DNA of 64,000 nt, taken from positions 1-64,000 of IMG/VR virus record IMGVR_UViG_3300032516_000001. One strand, given 5' to 3'. The position numbers and the translations under genes were made by a program. This document shows, piece by piece, positions 38,993 to 48,920 of the stretch. Position 1 is the first letter of the stretch. Each line of letters starts with the position of its first letter. The notes below the pieces were generated by a model, which was not told where the DNA came from, did no database searches, and saw nothing but the letters and a program-made list of their open reading frames with translations.

Positions 38993-39049
38993 AGGGTGAA
39001 ATGAAGGTTCACGAACTCGTATCTCAATTGTCAAAATTTGATTCTTCGG

Positions 39050-40256
39050 TGAAGCGGTGAGTACCATATGTGTGTGCGCAGCAGGGCACGCTTTCGACGG
39101 CGAGAAAGGTGGTTGCCCGATGTGTGTTGATAGCAAGACGGAGCCGCGGGAGGGATAGGCGATGGACGACAAGGGACGTATTCACCAGTTGACTGAGGAA
39201 GAACACGCCGCGCTGATAGCCAAAATCGAGGCCGGCTCCAAGCCGCGCATGGTTCCAGTGCCGAGCGAATCGGTGGGCAAGATCATGGCGCAGAGTCGGC
39301 ACGAACTCCAGGCACTACACGGACCCGTGACATGCCCGGAGTGCGCTCGAATCGGTTTCGACTCCTGTATGCCGATGGGTCGTGGGTGTCTATGCCCAGA
39401 GTGCGAAGAGGAGCAGCCATGAGCGAGCAGAACGGAAGGACGAGTGCAGACCCACGAGAGGTAGCCGCCCTGCGCGCCGAGGTCGAGCGGCTGCGCATGA
39501 AGGCCGGGCGACTACAGGCCCGCGTCTCCGTGTTCATGCAGGCGATGGGCTGGCTCGCCCGCAACGGGCACCAGGTACGAGCCCAGCGCTGGATTGCGCG
39601 CGCCGACGAGTCTGCGGCTGACGTGCGGCCCGAGGACTTCGTTGTGGCGAAGCCATGTGCCCTCGCCACGCCCAAGGCGCCGGCCGAACTCGTCCGCCAG
39701 TCGCCGCCCGCTGCGGTGCGCGATGAGAAAGGCGGTGCGCGATGACGCCGCCGAGCAACGAAGTCTGGCTATTCCCGACACGACCCGGTGAGCAAGAGGA
39801 CAGGATGGGGCGCAAGGGGTGGACAGCCCTTTGGGTGTCGTATGGAAAGCCGCGCGCACAGTGCAGTTTCACGCAACTGGCCAAACTGCAATCGCAGACC
39901 GGGTGGTCCGGTAAGAAGGTGATCGTGCTCGACAAGGACCCAACATGAAGACGACGGCGAAGACGCAGCGCATCGATGCCGCAATCAGAAGGCTATGCAG
40001 ACGTGACGCGCGGCTCACCAAGCTGGAGCCAGAGTTGGAGCGCGCCTTCCTCGTACGCGAGGAGCTGGCCAGCCTACACAAGGCCGCCGCTTTGGTGCTG
40101 CTGAGGTATCGAAAGGAACGAAACCTAGCTACGGCCATGGCTGCGCTGGACGAAGCGGACGAGGCAGCAGGCGCCACGCTCGCCCGCCAGTCGCCGCCCG
40201 CTGTGCCGACCACGAAAGGAGCCGCAAAGTGAAAGTCTACGTAGCGAGCAGTTGGA
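39050..40256 (+). mobile_element. High-GC foreign insertion carrying five small phage-like genes
   Basis: Abrupt switch to GC-rich sequence; overlapping ORFs 39057..39158, 39162..39422, 39419..39745, 39742..39948, 39945..40232; truncated ORFs at both edges. Confidence 0.8.
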
Positions 40257-40473
40257 GTACTATATTGAACATATACAGTATAAAGGCAATGAACGCTACT
40301 ATTCGATGATAACGCTTCTTGGTGTCTCCGGCCTCTAGTAACACAGCCGCTACACATATCAACTGTGCAATCCAATAAATAACCGACTCGTATTTGAAGT
40401 TATTCTTAATATGGGTAATGGCGATTAACGTTGACATCCATACCAAAACGATCAAGTCCTTCATATTTATCAA
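40237..40473 (-). CDS. Small membrane protein
   Basis: Hydrophobic segments. Confidence 0.5.
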   Translation of the reverse strand: MINMKDLIVLVWMSTLIAITHIKNNFKYESVIYWIAQLICVAAVLLEAGDTKKRYHRIVAFIAFILYMFNIVLQLLAT

Positions 40474-40889
40474 TTCTTTGTCATATCAGAATCTGGCTCA
40501 ACATTTTTCTCAATAGAGCCAGTATTTGGGATACCAAAAAGGGTGATGAATGCCTCCTTATTCTCGCCACTCAGGACACTAAGAAACTTCTGGGCAAGTT
40601 CCGGATTTGAACGAATTTGGCGAGCATATCTACCAATCCGCGGATTGTTGTTGAACACAATACGACATCTCTTACATGCGCCGTAAATCAGGTCATGATG
40701 AACTTCACTACAAAGTGAGCATTTCCCAGTATATACGGTCCCCATAGATTCCTCCGGAGGAGGAGGATTCTTGGCAAAAGACTTCTTATATTCTTGAAAT
40801 AACTCCTTGGTTGCCGCCCTGCATTTTTCACATTCACCATCGGTCAGAGGACCTGTTACCCCACATTTGCATTCACCGTGTGTCGTCAT
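40470..40889 (-). CDS. Cys-rich hypothetical protein
   Basis: Several CxxC; TATAAT-N5-ATG. Confidence 0.7.
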   Translation of the reverse strand: MTTHGECKCGVTGPLTDGECEKCRAATKELFQEYKKSFAKNPPPPEESMGTVYTGKCSLCSEVHHDLIYGACKRCRIVFNNNPRIGRYARQIRSNPELAQKFLSVLSGENKEAFITLFGIPNTGSIEKNVEPDSDMTKN

Positions 40890-40924
40890 AATATATTATA
40901 CGTGCTTATATTTTTAATTTACGC

Positions 40925-41182
40925 TTGAAGCGCGTTATGGTAGAGTTATCCCCACTCATGAATGGTGCATCAAAATCCGAGTCCGAAATTAAACTATTCT
41001 ATAGTATAGAATACTATGATGAAGAAGGACCAAATATTAAACATGCGTTTATGACAGAATCTGAAATGATGCAGTTATTGGATAAATTTGTGCAAAATGG
41101 AGTGAAAGCCAAAATTTATAGATTATCTACATTACCCTCTGATGTACAATCGGAGAGTGAAAAAGTCAAAGAAATCAGTTGA
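40925..41182 (+). CDS. Hypothetical protein
   Basis: ORF only. Confidence 0.5.
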   Translation: MKRVMVELSPLMNGASKSESEIKLFYSIEYYDEEGPNIKHAFMTESEMMQLLDKFVQNGVKAKIYRLSTLPSDVQSESEKVKEIS

Positions 41183-42074
41183 AACGATTACTAGAGAAAT
41201 TGCTGATTGGCGTCGATTTATTAATACGTCGTCTAGTAATATCCGCAGACTTAGCGCCGTCCAATTTACCTTCACGACGCCATCTAGTTATTCGTTTCCT
41301 GTTATTGATTAAATCTAACTCCATTCTGCTTAATGATCGAAATTTTTTCATCTTATGACTAACGCAATTATCACAATACTTTGCATATCTTTGACTTGCG
41401 AATCGATCAGATAGTGGCCCACCACACTTTTTACACAATGGTGGAACCCAAGGGTCAGCCGGCGCTTTATACTCGAAGCATGGAACCATTAATGGCCTGA
41501 TCATGTCGAGAAATCTTGCTGCATTTTTATGTTGTAAAACTAATATAGGCTGACCACGCCAGTGATTGATAAAGTTATGAATACCTATATCATCAAATTT
41601 GTCCGACAATAATTGTACATCTTTTTCAGTAAACCCATTCGTGTGTAATTTAACTTCTAGTCTTCCACGTGGGGTTGAAACATTACCATCACCCATATGC
41701 CAGTTAGCAAGTATAACTGGATCCGATAAATTTATATTCTCCGGTACAATCTTCTTTCCGTTAGGATACCATCTTTGTCTTTCTGACACAAATTCGATAT
41801 ATGAATAGGTCCATATTTTCACTTCATTCCTTTGATCATAAATTTTCATGTTGTTGCCAACATGTTCATCATCGAATAATTTCTTTAGCGAGTATATCCA
41901 ATCCGTATGGCCTACGCATTGTCCCAAAGAAAATGAAGCAGAGTGCATAGATTGCTGGATGTAAGATCCATCGCCAAGTAGACACCCATCCAATGCCGCC
42001 AGAAGTTTCGGACTGAGGGACACTGTCTTTAAACTCTTTCGTGGCCCATCGATATACCACCCAGGAGGCTTCAT
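41175..42074 (-). CDS. Free-standing two-motif LAGLIDADG endonuclease
   Basis: LDGCLLGDGS..WYPNGKKIVP..LANWHMGDG..LHTNGFT..YK. Confidence 0.9.
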   Translation of the reverse strand: MKPPGWYIDGPRKSLKTVSLSPKLLAALDGCLLGDGSYIQQSMHSASFSLGQCVGHTDWIYSLKKLFDDEHVGNNMKIYDQRNEVKIWTYSYIEFVSERQRWYPNGKKIVPENINLSDPVILANWHMGDGNVSTPRGRLEVKLHTNGFTEKDVQLLSDKFDDIGIHNFINHWRGQPILVLQHKNAARFLDMIRPLMVPCFEYKAPADPWVPPLCKKCGGPLSDRFASQRYAKYCDNCVSHKMKKFRSLSRMELDLINNRKRITRWRREGKLDGAKSADITRRRINKSTPISNFSSNRFN

Positions 42075-42767
42075 ATGGAAAAATTTTCAAAAAAATTCGA
42101 AAATATTATACAGGTTGCTAGCGGGGATGTGAGACGACTAGACAGTGTTGTCAGATTTAGTAGCATACCCATTGTAGTACAAGAATTAGTAAGTACACAT
42201 CAATATTGGGTGTGTTTATACTCTGCTTTAATTCATCATGAAGTACGACCGAACGATACACATCTTGTCGGTCAACTTCTGACGTCTGCTATGACACATG
42301 ATCTGATCGAAGGTTGGACTGGCGACTTAGTTCGTCCGTTTAAATACTCTTCTGAGAATCTAAGATCAACAATAGAGGAAGCTGAGAAAAACATCTTTAA
42401 AACTATCCCAAAATTACTAAGGGAGTTGATGACTCCGGATCCGAAGATTTCTAAATTAGATCACGCATATATCAAAGTTGTAATTAAATCCGCCGACTTC
42501 TTAAGTTTATTCCAATATATGCGCCGTGAGGCTATGCGGGGTAATTTAGAAATTGAACCATTTTATAATAGAATGATTAATGATATTAAAAACATGATAG
42601 CTATTGAACCGGTTTCAAATTTCGACGCACCTTGTTTTTACCGTCATCTCTATAAAGCTAGCATCTCCGTGTATCAGCTATGCTTTGATAAAGCATACGA
42701 ATCACGTACTGGTTTTGCTTTTACAAAGAAAAAAGGCCCCAGTGTAGGATGGTGTAAAATCCCGTGA
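42075..42767 (+). CDS. HD-domain 5'-deoxynucleotidase (YfbR-like)
   Basis: RL..V.RF..E.VSTH..HDL.E..TGD...PFK..IKSAD. Confidence 0.85.
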   Translation: MEKFSKKFENIIQVASGDVRRLDSVVRFSSIPIVVQELVSTHQYWVCLYSALIHHEVRPNDTHLVGQLLTSAMTHDLIEGWTGDLVRPFKYSSENLRSTIEEAEKNIFKTIPKLLRELMTPDPKISKLDHAYIKVVIKSADFLSLFQYMRREAMRGNLEIEPFYNRMINDIKNMIAIEPVSNFDAPCFYRHLYKASISVYQLCFDKAYESRTGFAFTKKKGPSVGWCKIP

Positions 42768-42777
42768 GTGAAATTTT

Positions 42778-43308
42778 ATGAGCGAAACAAAATCCGAGAT
42801 CCGAGCCCGTATTAATGAACTTGAAACTATAGCTGTCCCACTAAGCAGACTATTGGGCGATAATACCGCAGTAAATGCTTTGATCACTACGATTGATGCT
42901 CGTATTACCAAATTAAAGAAAGACGAATCTGAAGCTCAAGAAGATTTATTCCTGTCAGTGATGAAATCACATGAAGTCATATGTGCTGTAAAGCAGATGG
43001 ATGAAAAGGCTGCCTACGGGCAGGATCCATATCTTTATTACGGGGCAGGCATTGCCGCCGAGGCCGGAGAATTGCTCAATAAAATAATCAAGACTATTAG
43101 AAAATTACCTGCTATTACACCAGATGAATATCATGATGAAATGAAGAGGGCCGTCATCTCAGAACTTCCCGATGTAATAGTTTATAGTGCTGTATTGGCA
43201 CAAGTCTCAGATGTAGATATAACCAAAGAAGTGAATGATAAAGTCAAGGTAGTGATCCAAAGAGCTTTAAGCGGACACTACGGCCCGCCATTACTTAAGA
43301 AAGAATAA
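42778..43308 (+). CDS. MazG-like NTP pyrophosphohydrolase
   Basis: GIAAEAGELLNKIIK..SELPDVIVY. Confidence 0.75.
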   Translation: MSETKSEIRARINELETIAVPLSRLLGDNTAVNALITTIDARITKLKKDESEAQEDLFLSVMKSHEVICAVKQMDEKAAYGQDPYLYYGAGIAAEAGELLNKIIKTIRKLPAITPDEYHDEMKRAVISELPDVIVYSAVLAQVSDVDITKEVNDKVKVVIQRALSGHYGPPLLKKE

Positions 43309-43614
43309 TTAAACACCATAATCCATCCGCTTACCTCGATATTTTCTTTGTAATTTCATTTTGCAGTTATCGCAGACCGAGCCTTCTGGTCCGAAACCGC
43401 TCAATTCTCTAATTGGCGTCTCCTGACCACATTTATCACATGGTTTGGTTTCAGGTCCCGATTCTTCTTCTGGCTCTTCTGAAACAGCAACTTCTTCTAA
43501 CATTATAGCAATTCGTTTCAAATCTTGTAATACTAAGTCCTGCCTGGGACTCTTGGAATTTTCCAGAGCAGTAGCGATCTGGCGTAATTCATATGTAATT
43601 TGTTCAGGTTTCAT
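43309..43614 (-). CDS. Hypothetical protein with Zn ribbon
   Basis: MKPEQITYELRQIA; CDKC..CDNC. Confidence 0.65.
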   Translation of the reverse strand: MKPEQITYELRQIATALENSKSPRQDLVLQDLKRIAIMLEEVAVSEEPEEESGPETKPCDKCGQETPIRELSGFGPEGSVCDNCKMKLQRKYRGKRMDYGV

Positions 43615-43640
43615 ACTTAAAGTCAAATACCAAAAATTTA

Positions 43641-44093
43641 TTAATTACCTTGAAAATTTAAAGCTTTGTATATATCTTCTGCCTTAGCTTGATCTGGATC
43701 AACAGTAACAACTTCATCTCCTGGATAAGCAAAAATTGCATAGTTATCCCACCATATTTTTCCAATATCTTTGTTTGGATCTATAGGGATGACTTTTGAT
43801 GTGTCTTCGATCTCCCATCCATCATCCATAGCGGCATCGAAGTCAAAGTCGTCCGGTACTTCAACGACAAGAGAGAAATCTTCGTCCGTGTCGTATCCTA
43901 AAACATATGGCGCAAGTTTGTCGTACATATTATATACTTGATCTAACATATCTTGAACAAACCCGGGGTCTGACCAGTTATCGTGTGGATGATAAGTATC
44001 GGTAAAGAAACCAAAGAATTTATGCCCAGGACTGGGTTTAATTTTCCTGGGATGATTCAGCAATAAAGCTATCTTCAATAAATTTGGTTTCAT
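43641..44093 (-). CDS. Hypothetical acidic protein
   Basis: Probable start MKPNLLKIA at 44093, overlapped by the end of GIY-YIG copy 3. Confidence 0.6.
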   Translation of the reverse strand: MKPNLLKIALLLNHPRKIKPSPGHKFFGFFTDTYHPHDNWSDPGFVQDMLDQVYNMYDKLAPYVLGYDTDEDFSLVVEVPDDFDFDAAMDDGWEIEDTSKVIPIDPNKDIGKIWWDNYAIFAYPGDEVVTVDPDQAKAEDIYKALNFQGN

Positions 44094-45102
44094 ATTTACC
44101 AACATTCTTTTGTTGCGTACGATATTGTTTTCTACGCAAACTGTGACAAGTTCTACAAATTCTTGTGCCATTAACAGTATACGCATTTTCTAATAGATGT
44201 CCCCTTTTGCAATATACCTGCTTCGGCCTGTTTTTGAGCGCCATTGCAACTTTGGCTATATGTTCTGGACTGTGTCTTTTACCTCTATGCGCATCGCCTA
44301 TTTTAGCCCGATGTTCTGGACTAAATTTTATGCCTTTTCTGGATGCTGCCGATTTAGCAATAGAATCCGCGTTTCTGGGTTTGCCTTTTTGAGATAGAGA
44401 TAATTTTTTTCTAGTTTCAGGGCTTGCCGATTTTCCTTTTCCTGCAACCGAAAGTTTAGCACAGTGATCCGGTTTCAAAGGAATGCCCTTAAGGACGGCG
44501 GAAGCGTGCTCACGAAATCCCGGTTTATCCCACTTGGCTTTTGCTGCTAAACAACACTTAGTCCTGTATTCAGAATTTTGCCATTCGGTCTTGGAAATAG
44601 CACTGCGTTTTTCCTTCGACTCCATGGTATTCATAGCTGCTCTTAAACACGCTCTAGCCTCGGGGGTTTGACCCGCATCAATAAATCTTTGTAAATTATT
44701 GGCTCGATATTCAGGATCTTGCCACTTAGCTTTGGCTGCTAAACATGCTTTTTCTCGATATTCAGGACGATTCCAAGGGTTTGTATTTTGGTGCGGTGTG
44801 TGCTCGCCACCTTTTGCTAAGTTAAATCCAAATTGTGGGTTTCTCGTGTTATGAAATTTAATCCATTTCTCTTCAGCTAAATTTGCTGATTCTAATGTAT
44901 CGCACACTTCTAAAATTTCATGAGAAAATGCGTCCCTACCATACTTACGGATGGCATTTGGGAAGTGCCAACGTCCGTTTTTTGAATACTTAGCCGCATA
45001 GACATGATCATTCCATCGTTGCATCATAGTCCGTTTAGTTAGACCGATGTAACGACGTCCAGATTCTGTATGAATATGACAATAGATCGTCCAATGATTC
45101 AC
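44038..45102 (-). mobile_element. Free-standing GIY-YIG endonuclease, copy 3
   Basis: WTIYCH..RRYIGLT; NUMOD3-like repeats; CKRGH..CRTC. Confidence 0.9.
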
Positions 45103-45125
45103 ATTAGAACAATCGTATAAAAGCG

Positions 45126-45542
45126 CTAACGAGTTCGACCCGGAGTCCCATCAAAATTTCCATGAAGAACGTAATACATGGGCAACGAATTGGCCTCGAG
45201 TCTCTTCATCACTCGAGCTGAATCATCCCAATCGGATTCCACTACGGGAGTGGTATTCGCCAAAGCAATAAGATTTGGATCATCAGTTATTCTCAATAGA
45301 TCTTTCTTAGCTTGTGATGTTCTAGTCAATACAGCATAAACCTGGCCATATGTCATAAGATCAAGTTTGCATTTACCCGGGTATCCAGGAGCTGCTATCT
45401 CCCAGAACATATTGTTATTAGAATGATCTCCAGTACATTTTGTACAACAGTTGTGATCCGGATTTACCGGAGCATCCATACAGATTTCAGGTATCTGACA
45501 GGGATTGCATTGACAGGGATTACAATTGCATGTACAGGCCAT
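45126..45542 (-). CDS. Protein with metallothionein-like Cys-rich N-terminus
   Basis: MACTCNCNPCQCNPCQ..CCTKC. Confidence 0.65.
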   Translation of the reverse strand: MACTCNCNPCQCNPCQIPEICMDAPVNPDHNCCTKCTGDHSNNNMFWEIAAPGYPGKCKLDLMTYGQVYAVLTRTSQAKKDLLRITDDPNLIALANTTPVVESDWDDSARVMKRLEANSLPMYYVLHGNFDGTPGRTR

Positions 45543-45544
45543 GG

Positions 45545-45880
45545 TTATTTACCAACAACAATAACAGTCTTAGAAGACTGTTCGTTCTCCAATTGAATTT
45601 GAGCCACCTTGGCCTTAAACCGTTCCGTATGATATTCAATAGATTTAATTGCTAATTGAACATTCTTAAATTTTTGCTCTGCGTCATGATTACTAGGATT
45701 AACATCAGGATGGTATTTAGCGGATAATTTCTTGGCTATTTTACGGGCTCGAATTAATATTTTATCTGCAACTTTAACCCGTTCATCAAGTGACGGGTAA
45801 TTCATGATAATACGCATTATTTGTCTGGCATCTCTTCCTAGGACCTCCCATGCCTGACCTATAGTATATATATCAGACAT
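45545..45880 (-). CDS. J-domain protein
   Basis: AWEVLG..KKLSAKYHPDVNP..AEQKFK. Confidence 0.8.
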   Translation of the reverse strand: MSDIYTIGQAWEVLGRDARQIMRIIMNYPSLDERVKVADKILIRARKIAKKLSAKYHPDVNPSNHDAEQKFKNVQLAIKSIEYHTERFKAKVAQIQLENEQSSKTVIVVGK

Positions 45881-45936
45881 ACCCTATACTATATTTAGCC
45901 AACATTTCATACACAATTGTTTAGTATATGGCAGAA

Positions 45937-46107
45937 TCAAAACCCGAGTCCCTTTAGGGATGTCAGATTATTTCTTTTGCCAAATCTCACTTGCCGTTCC
46001 ATGATATACTTCTCAAGCTCCATAACGGTCTCTAGCGGTTTTCCGTATTTCTTTTCATATTCTGATTTTATTTCTCGTATTTTATTGAGCAATTCATCAT
46101 AGCTCAT
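45937..46107 (-). CDS. Small hypothetical protein (56 aa, not in ORF track)
   Basis: MSYDELLNKIREIK...LKGLGF. Confidence 0.45.
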   Translation of the reverse strand: MSYDELLNKIREIKSEYEKKYGKPLETVMELEKYIMERQVRFGKRNNLTSLKGLGF

Positions 46108-46110
46108 CAA

Positions 46111-46365
46111 TTGTTACCTTCTGTTACTGTACGGTGGATCATCATGGTGTATCGAACTCAGGCTGCACGGATTACTGTCAGATCTAACTGGAATGAATTA
46201 TGGAAAAGATTACGTGACATATATTACGTAGCTGAAAAACCGCGGCATGCCGCGGTTCTTGAAAACTTCAAGAATAATAAGGAAAGTATATGTAGAAGAA
46301 TGGGGATAATATCTGACGCTGATATTGTCAGGGTAGTCGCCAAATTAAGACCCAAGGAAGGTTAA
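46111..46365 (+). CDS. Hypothetical protein (start uncertain)
   Basis: ORF only. Confidence 0.45.
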   Translation: MLPSVTVRWIIMVYRTQAARITVRSNWNELWKRLRDIYYVAEKPRHAAVLENFKNNKESICRRMGIISDADIVRVVAKLRPKEG

Positions 46366-46404
46366 AATTTTAAATGTAAAATTTAATACAATCGGAGAAA
46401 CGAT

Positions 46405-47007
46405 ATGACTACGGAAACTAAACTCACCACAAAACAAGCAACCATAAAAATCGGCAAACTTCTAAAGGGAATTGACAATTCAACAGCTCAAATTCAAAAG
46501 CATCAATCTGTCATCGAAGGCTCAGTCCCTGAATTGCAGAAATTGGTAGGTGGTCTAGCCAACCAGATTAGTCAAACGCCGGCTAAGCCGGTCAAGGCTC
46601 CCGCCAAGGCGGTCGAGGCAAAAACTACAATGAAGGCGCCAGCCAAGGCAAAGGCGCCAGCCAAGGCAAAGGCGCCAGCCAAGGCAAAGGCGCCAGCCAA
46701 GGTCAAGCCCAAGGTCAAGTCTCCCGTTGCTGGAAGACCATCTCTTAAACAGGCAGTCCAATCCGTCATGATACCAGCCACCGGACCTATGACAGCGGCT
46801 GATATTTGGAAGACAACCGTTGGCCAGTATGGATATTGGTCCCGTCAATCATTATACAATGCTCTCAAAGACGAAAAACTCTTCGTCCGTACTGATGATG
46901 ACAAATTCCTACTGACTGTAGCTGGGAAGAAGCTAAAGACCGATGACAAGGCTGATGCTTTCGTGGCAGGAGTGGCCGCGGATCCAGCCACTGCCAAAAT
47001 GATCTGA
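46405..47007 (+). CDS. Histone H1-like basic DNA-binding protein with probable HTH
   Basis: 18-bp tandem repeat encoding (KAPAKA)x4; MTAADIW..SRQSLYNAL. Confidence 0.75.
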   Translation: MTTETKLTTKQATIKIGKLLKGIDNSTAQIQKHQSVIEGSVPELQKLVGGLANQISQTPAKPVKAPAKAVEAKTTMKAPAKAKAPAKAKAPAKAKAPAKVKPKVKSPVAGRPSLKQAVQSVMIPATGPMTAADIWKTTVGQYGYWSRQSLYNALKDEKLFVRTDDDKFLLTVAGKKLKTDDKADAFVAGVAADPATAKMI

Positions 47008-47013
47008 CCAGCG

Positions 47014-47056
47014 TACGCATGAGCCCGGAAGTCGCTTAACCCCGGGCTCATGCGTA
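47014..47056. terminator. 15-bp inverted repeat hairpin
   Basis: TACGCATGAGCCCGG ... CCGGGCTCATGCGTA immediately after the stop codon. Confidence 0.7.
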
Positions 47057-47068
47057 TTGTGAATATGG

Positions 47069-47677
47069 ATGTCAATTCAACTTAAACTGCCCCAAATATT
47101 GGAGCCTGTTAAATTATCTTTGATGGATATTGCTGTCCAATCATCGATGCGGCAGATCAAATCCAAGACCAAGATATCGTGTAAACCGGCTTGCGCTGGA
47201 TGCTGTAGTAGATATACACAAATATCATTAGCAGAAAGCATTATCATATATGATCATTTGCGTAAAAAGAAAGAATGGCCTGAAGTACAAAAGAAATCAA
47301 AAGAACAATTAGACATAATCAAGGCTGTTGAACCATTATCGTGGTTCAAATTGAATATTAAGTGCCCAATTTTGAATTTGGACACTAAATTATGTAGGGC
47401 GTATAGAGTCAGACCTGCTATCTGTTCGACTCATTTCGTAACTTCTGATTCAAAATTATGCGATCCGTGGTCCCACGGATCTGGAAGATTTGAAACATGT
47501 GATATGAATGACTTATACTTCAAATTCAAATCTAGATTGGAGAATGCGGTTGATGGATTTGGGGTATTTGGAATGTATTTCCCAGTCCCATCGGCTCTAT
47601 TACTCGCAGAAAAAATCTCAGTCCAATCCGGATTGGACTTATTACAGGTAATTTCTATGATCAGGGCCGAATTATAA
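47069..47677 (+). CDS. YkgJ/CxxxCxxCC family cysteine-cluster protein
   Basis: CKPACAGCC..CPIL..CRAY..RPAIC. Confidence 0.9.
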   Translation: MSIQLKLPQILEPVKLSLMDIAVQSSMRQIKSKTKISCKPACAGCCSRYTQISLAESIIIYDHLRKKKEWPEVQKKSKEQLDIIKAVEPLSWFKLNIKCPILNLDTKLCRAYRVRPAICSTHFVTSDSKLCDPWSHGSGRFETCDMNDLYFKFKSRLENAVDGFGVFGMYFPVPSALLLAEKISVQSGLDLLQVISMIRAEL

Positions 47678-47745
47678 ACTGTCAATCTAGTGACTTGTAT
47701 CTGAAATATGAGTTTCCTCAGATTCCGATACGATGGGCTGGTTTT

Positions 47746-47994
47746 ATGAACAACGAATGTGAATATTGCAACAAGCCTGGAGAACTCAGAGTCTCCAAAG
47801 GTGAAGGCGGAATTGATAGGGATGTATATGTATGCAATTCCTGTTGGAAGTTATTGAAAGATCCAAGGACGGCTCTTCCCTTACTTAGAGGCCATCTGAC
47901 ATTGAGTCAACGCGGAATAGCGAACCCTGAACAAAATGAAAAATCATTAAATAAATTCATGGGAATCATATCTACCTGGAAACCTCAAAATTAA
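47746..47994 (+). CDS. Small Zn-finger protein
   Basis: CEYC..CNSC. Confidence 0.6.
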   Translation: MNNECEYCNKPGELRVSKGEGGIDRDVYVCNSCWKLLKDPRTALPLLRGHLTLSQRGIANPEQNEKSLNKFMGIISTWKPQN

Positions 47995-48629
47995 CTTATC
48001 GCAGGGGCATAATCGATCATTTGACTACGCATGTCTCTAATAACCTTTGTGGTAATCTTTCGTCCACCCCAACTCATAGCTTCGCGAATTACATCTGGTG
48101 GAGCACCACTTCTAGTTGCTCTGATGTACCGTGCAATATCCCACATTCCGATATTTCTGAAATGTCCCTCGATATCCTCTAGATGAGCATGAAAATCATC
48201 TCTATCTTCCTCAATATCAACAGTATCTAATAGAGTTCGATCATCGTCTTGCCCCACGGGAGCATCTATTGATTCTTTTTCCTTTTCAAATCTCTTTTTC
48301 TTATGCACTAAATTGATACACACATTATTGGCAACCATAAATACATAGTGCCCAAAACTGGATTTCTTAGGATTATGGGCAGATCTTGTGTAATTTTTAT
48401 GTAATATTGCTACAAATACCTCTTGCAATAATTCATTCATCGATATTTCAGGAACTTTAAAGTGTTTGTATACTATCTTAATAATATCTTTACGTTTAGC
48501 TTCAACATCAATTCCTAATGATGTACCATCTTCAGCACACCTCGGCCATTGTAATTTTTCACCAGGATCTATAATGGGCTCATTTAAAATTTTAACCTTT
48601 TTGATACCTTTAAATCTTCGGATGTTCAT
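47991..48629 (-). CDS. Sigma-70 family (ECF-like) phage sigma factor
   Basis: Region 2-like ELLQEVFVAI..NPKKSSFGHYVFMVANN..INL; SIDAPV. Confidence 0.75.
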   Translation of the reverse strand: MNIRRFKGIKKVKILNEPIIDPGEKLQWPRCAEDGTSLGIDVEAKRKDIIKIVYKHFKVPEISMNELLQEVFVAILHKNYTRSAHNPKKSSFGHYVFMVANNVCINLVHKKKRFEKEKESIDAPVGQDDDRTLLDTVDIEEDRDDFHAHLEDIEGHFRNIGMWDIARYIRATRSGAPPDVIREAMSWGGRKITTKVIRDMRSQMIDYAPAIS

Positions 48630-48662
48630 GCTTGCCCCTGCACTACATGTAGCCCCAAAGCC

Positions 48663-48920
48663 ATGGTAAAGTCAACCGGAAACTTAATTTTACCACAATT
48701 TCAGATTCAATGCAAGGAGAAAGTAAGCGTGAACGGTTTGAATGACCATTGTGATAGGGTGTTAGCGGTTATTAAACAGGGGATTTACAGACAGTCCCAA
48801 ATAATCAAAAAAACCTGTTTGGGTCCAGATCAGGTATCGGCAGCATTGCGTATGCTTAGAAAGAGTAAAATTATTGAAAAGATTGATGGGGAACATAGGC
48901 CATTACAGCATGAACTCTAA
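48663..48920 (+). CDS. Small winged-HTH protein
   Basis: SQIIKKTCL..DQVSAALRMLRK..II. Confidence 0.55.
   Translation: MVKSTGNLILPQFQIQCKEKVSVNGLNDHCDRVLAVIKQGIYRQSQIIKKTCLGPDQVSAALRMLRKSKIIEKIDGEHRPLQHEL

Noticed and set aside
46632-46705. 18-bp tandem repeats as an origin or CRISPR
   Set aside because: They are in frame and encode the KAPAKA histone-like tail.
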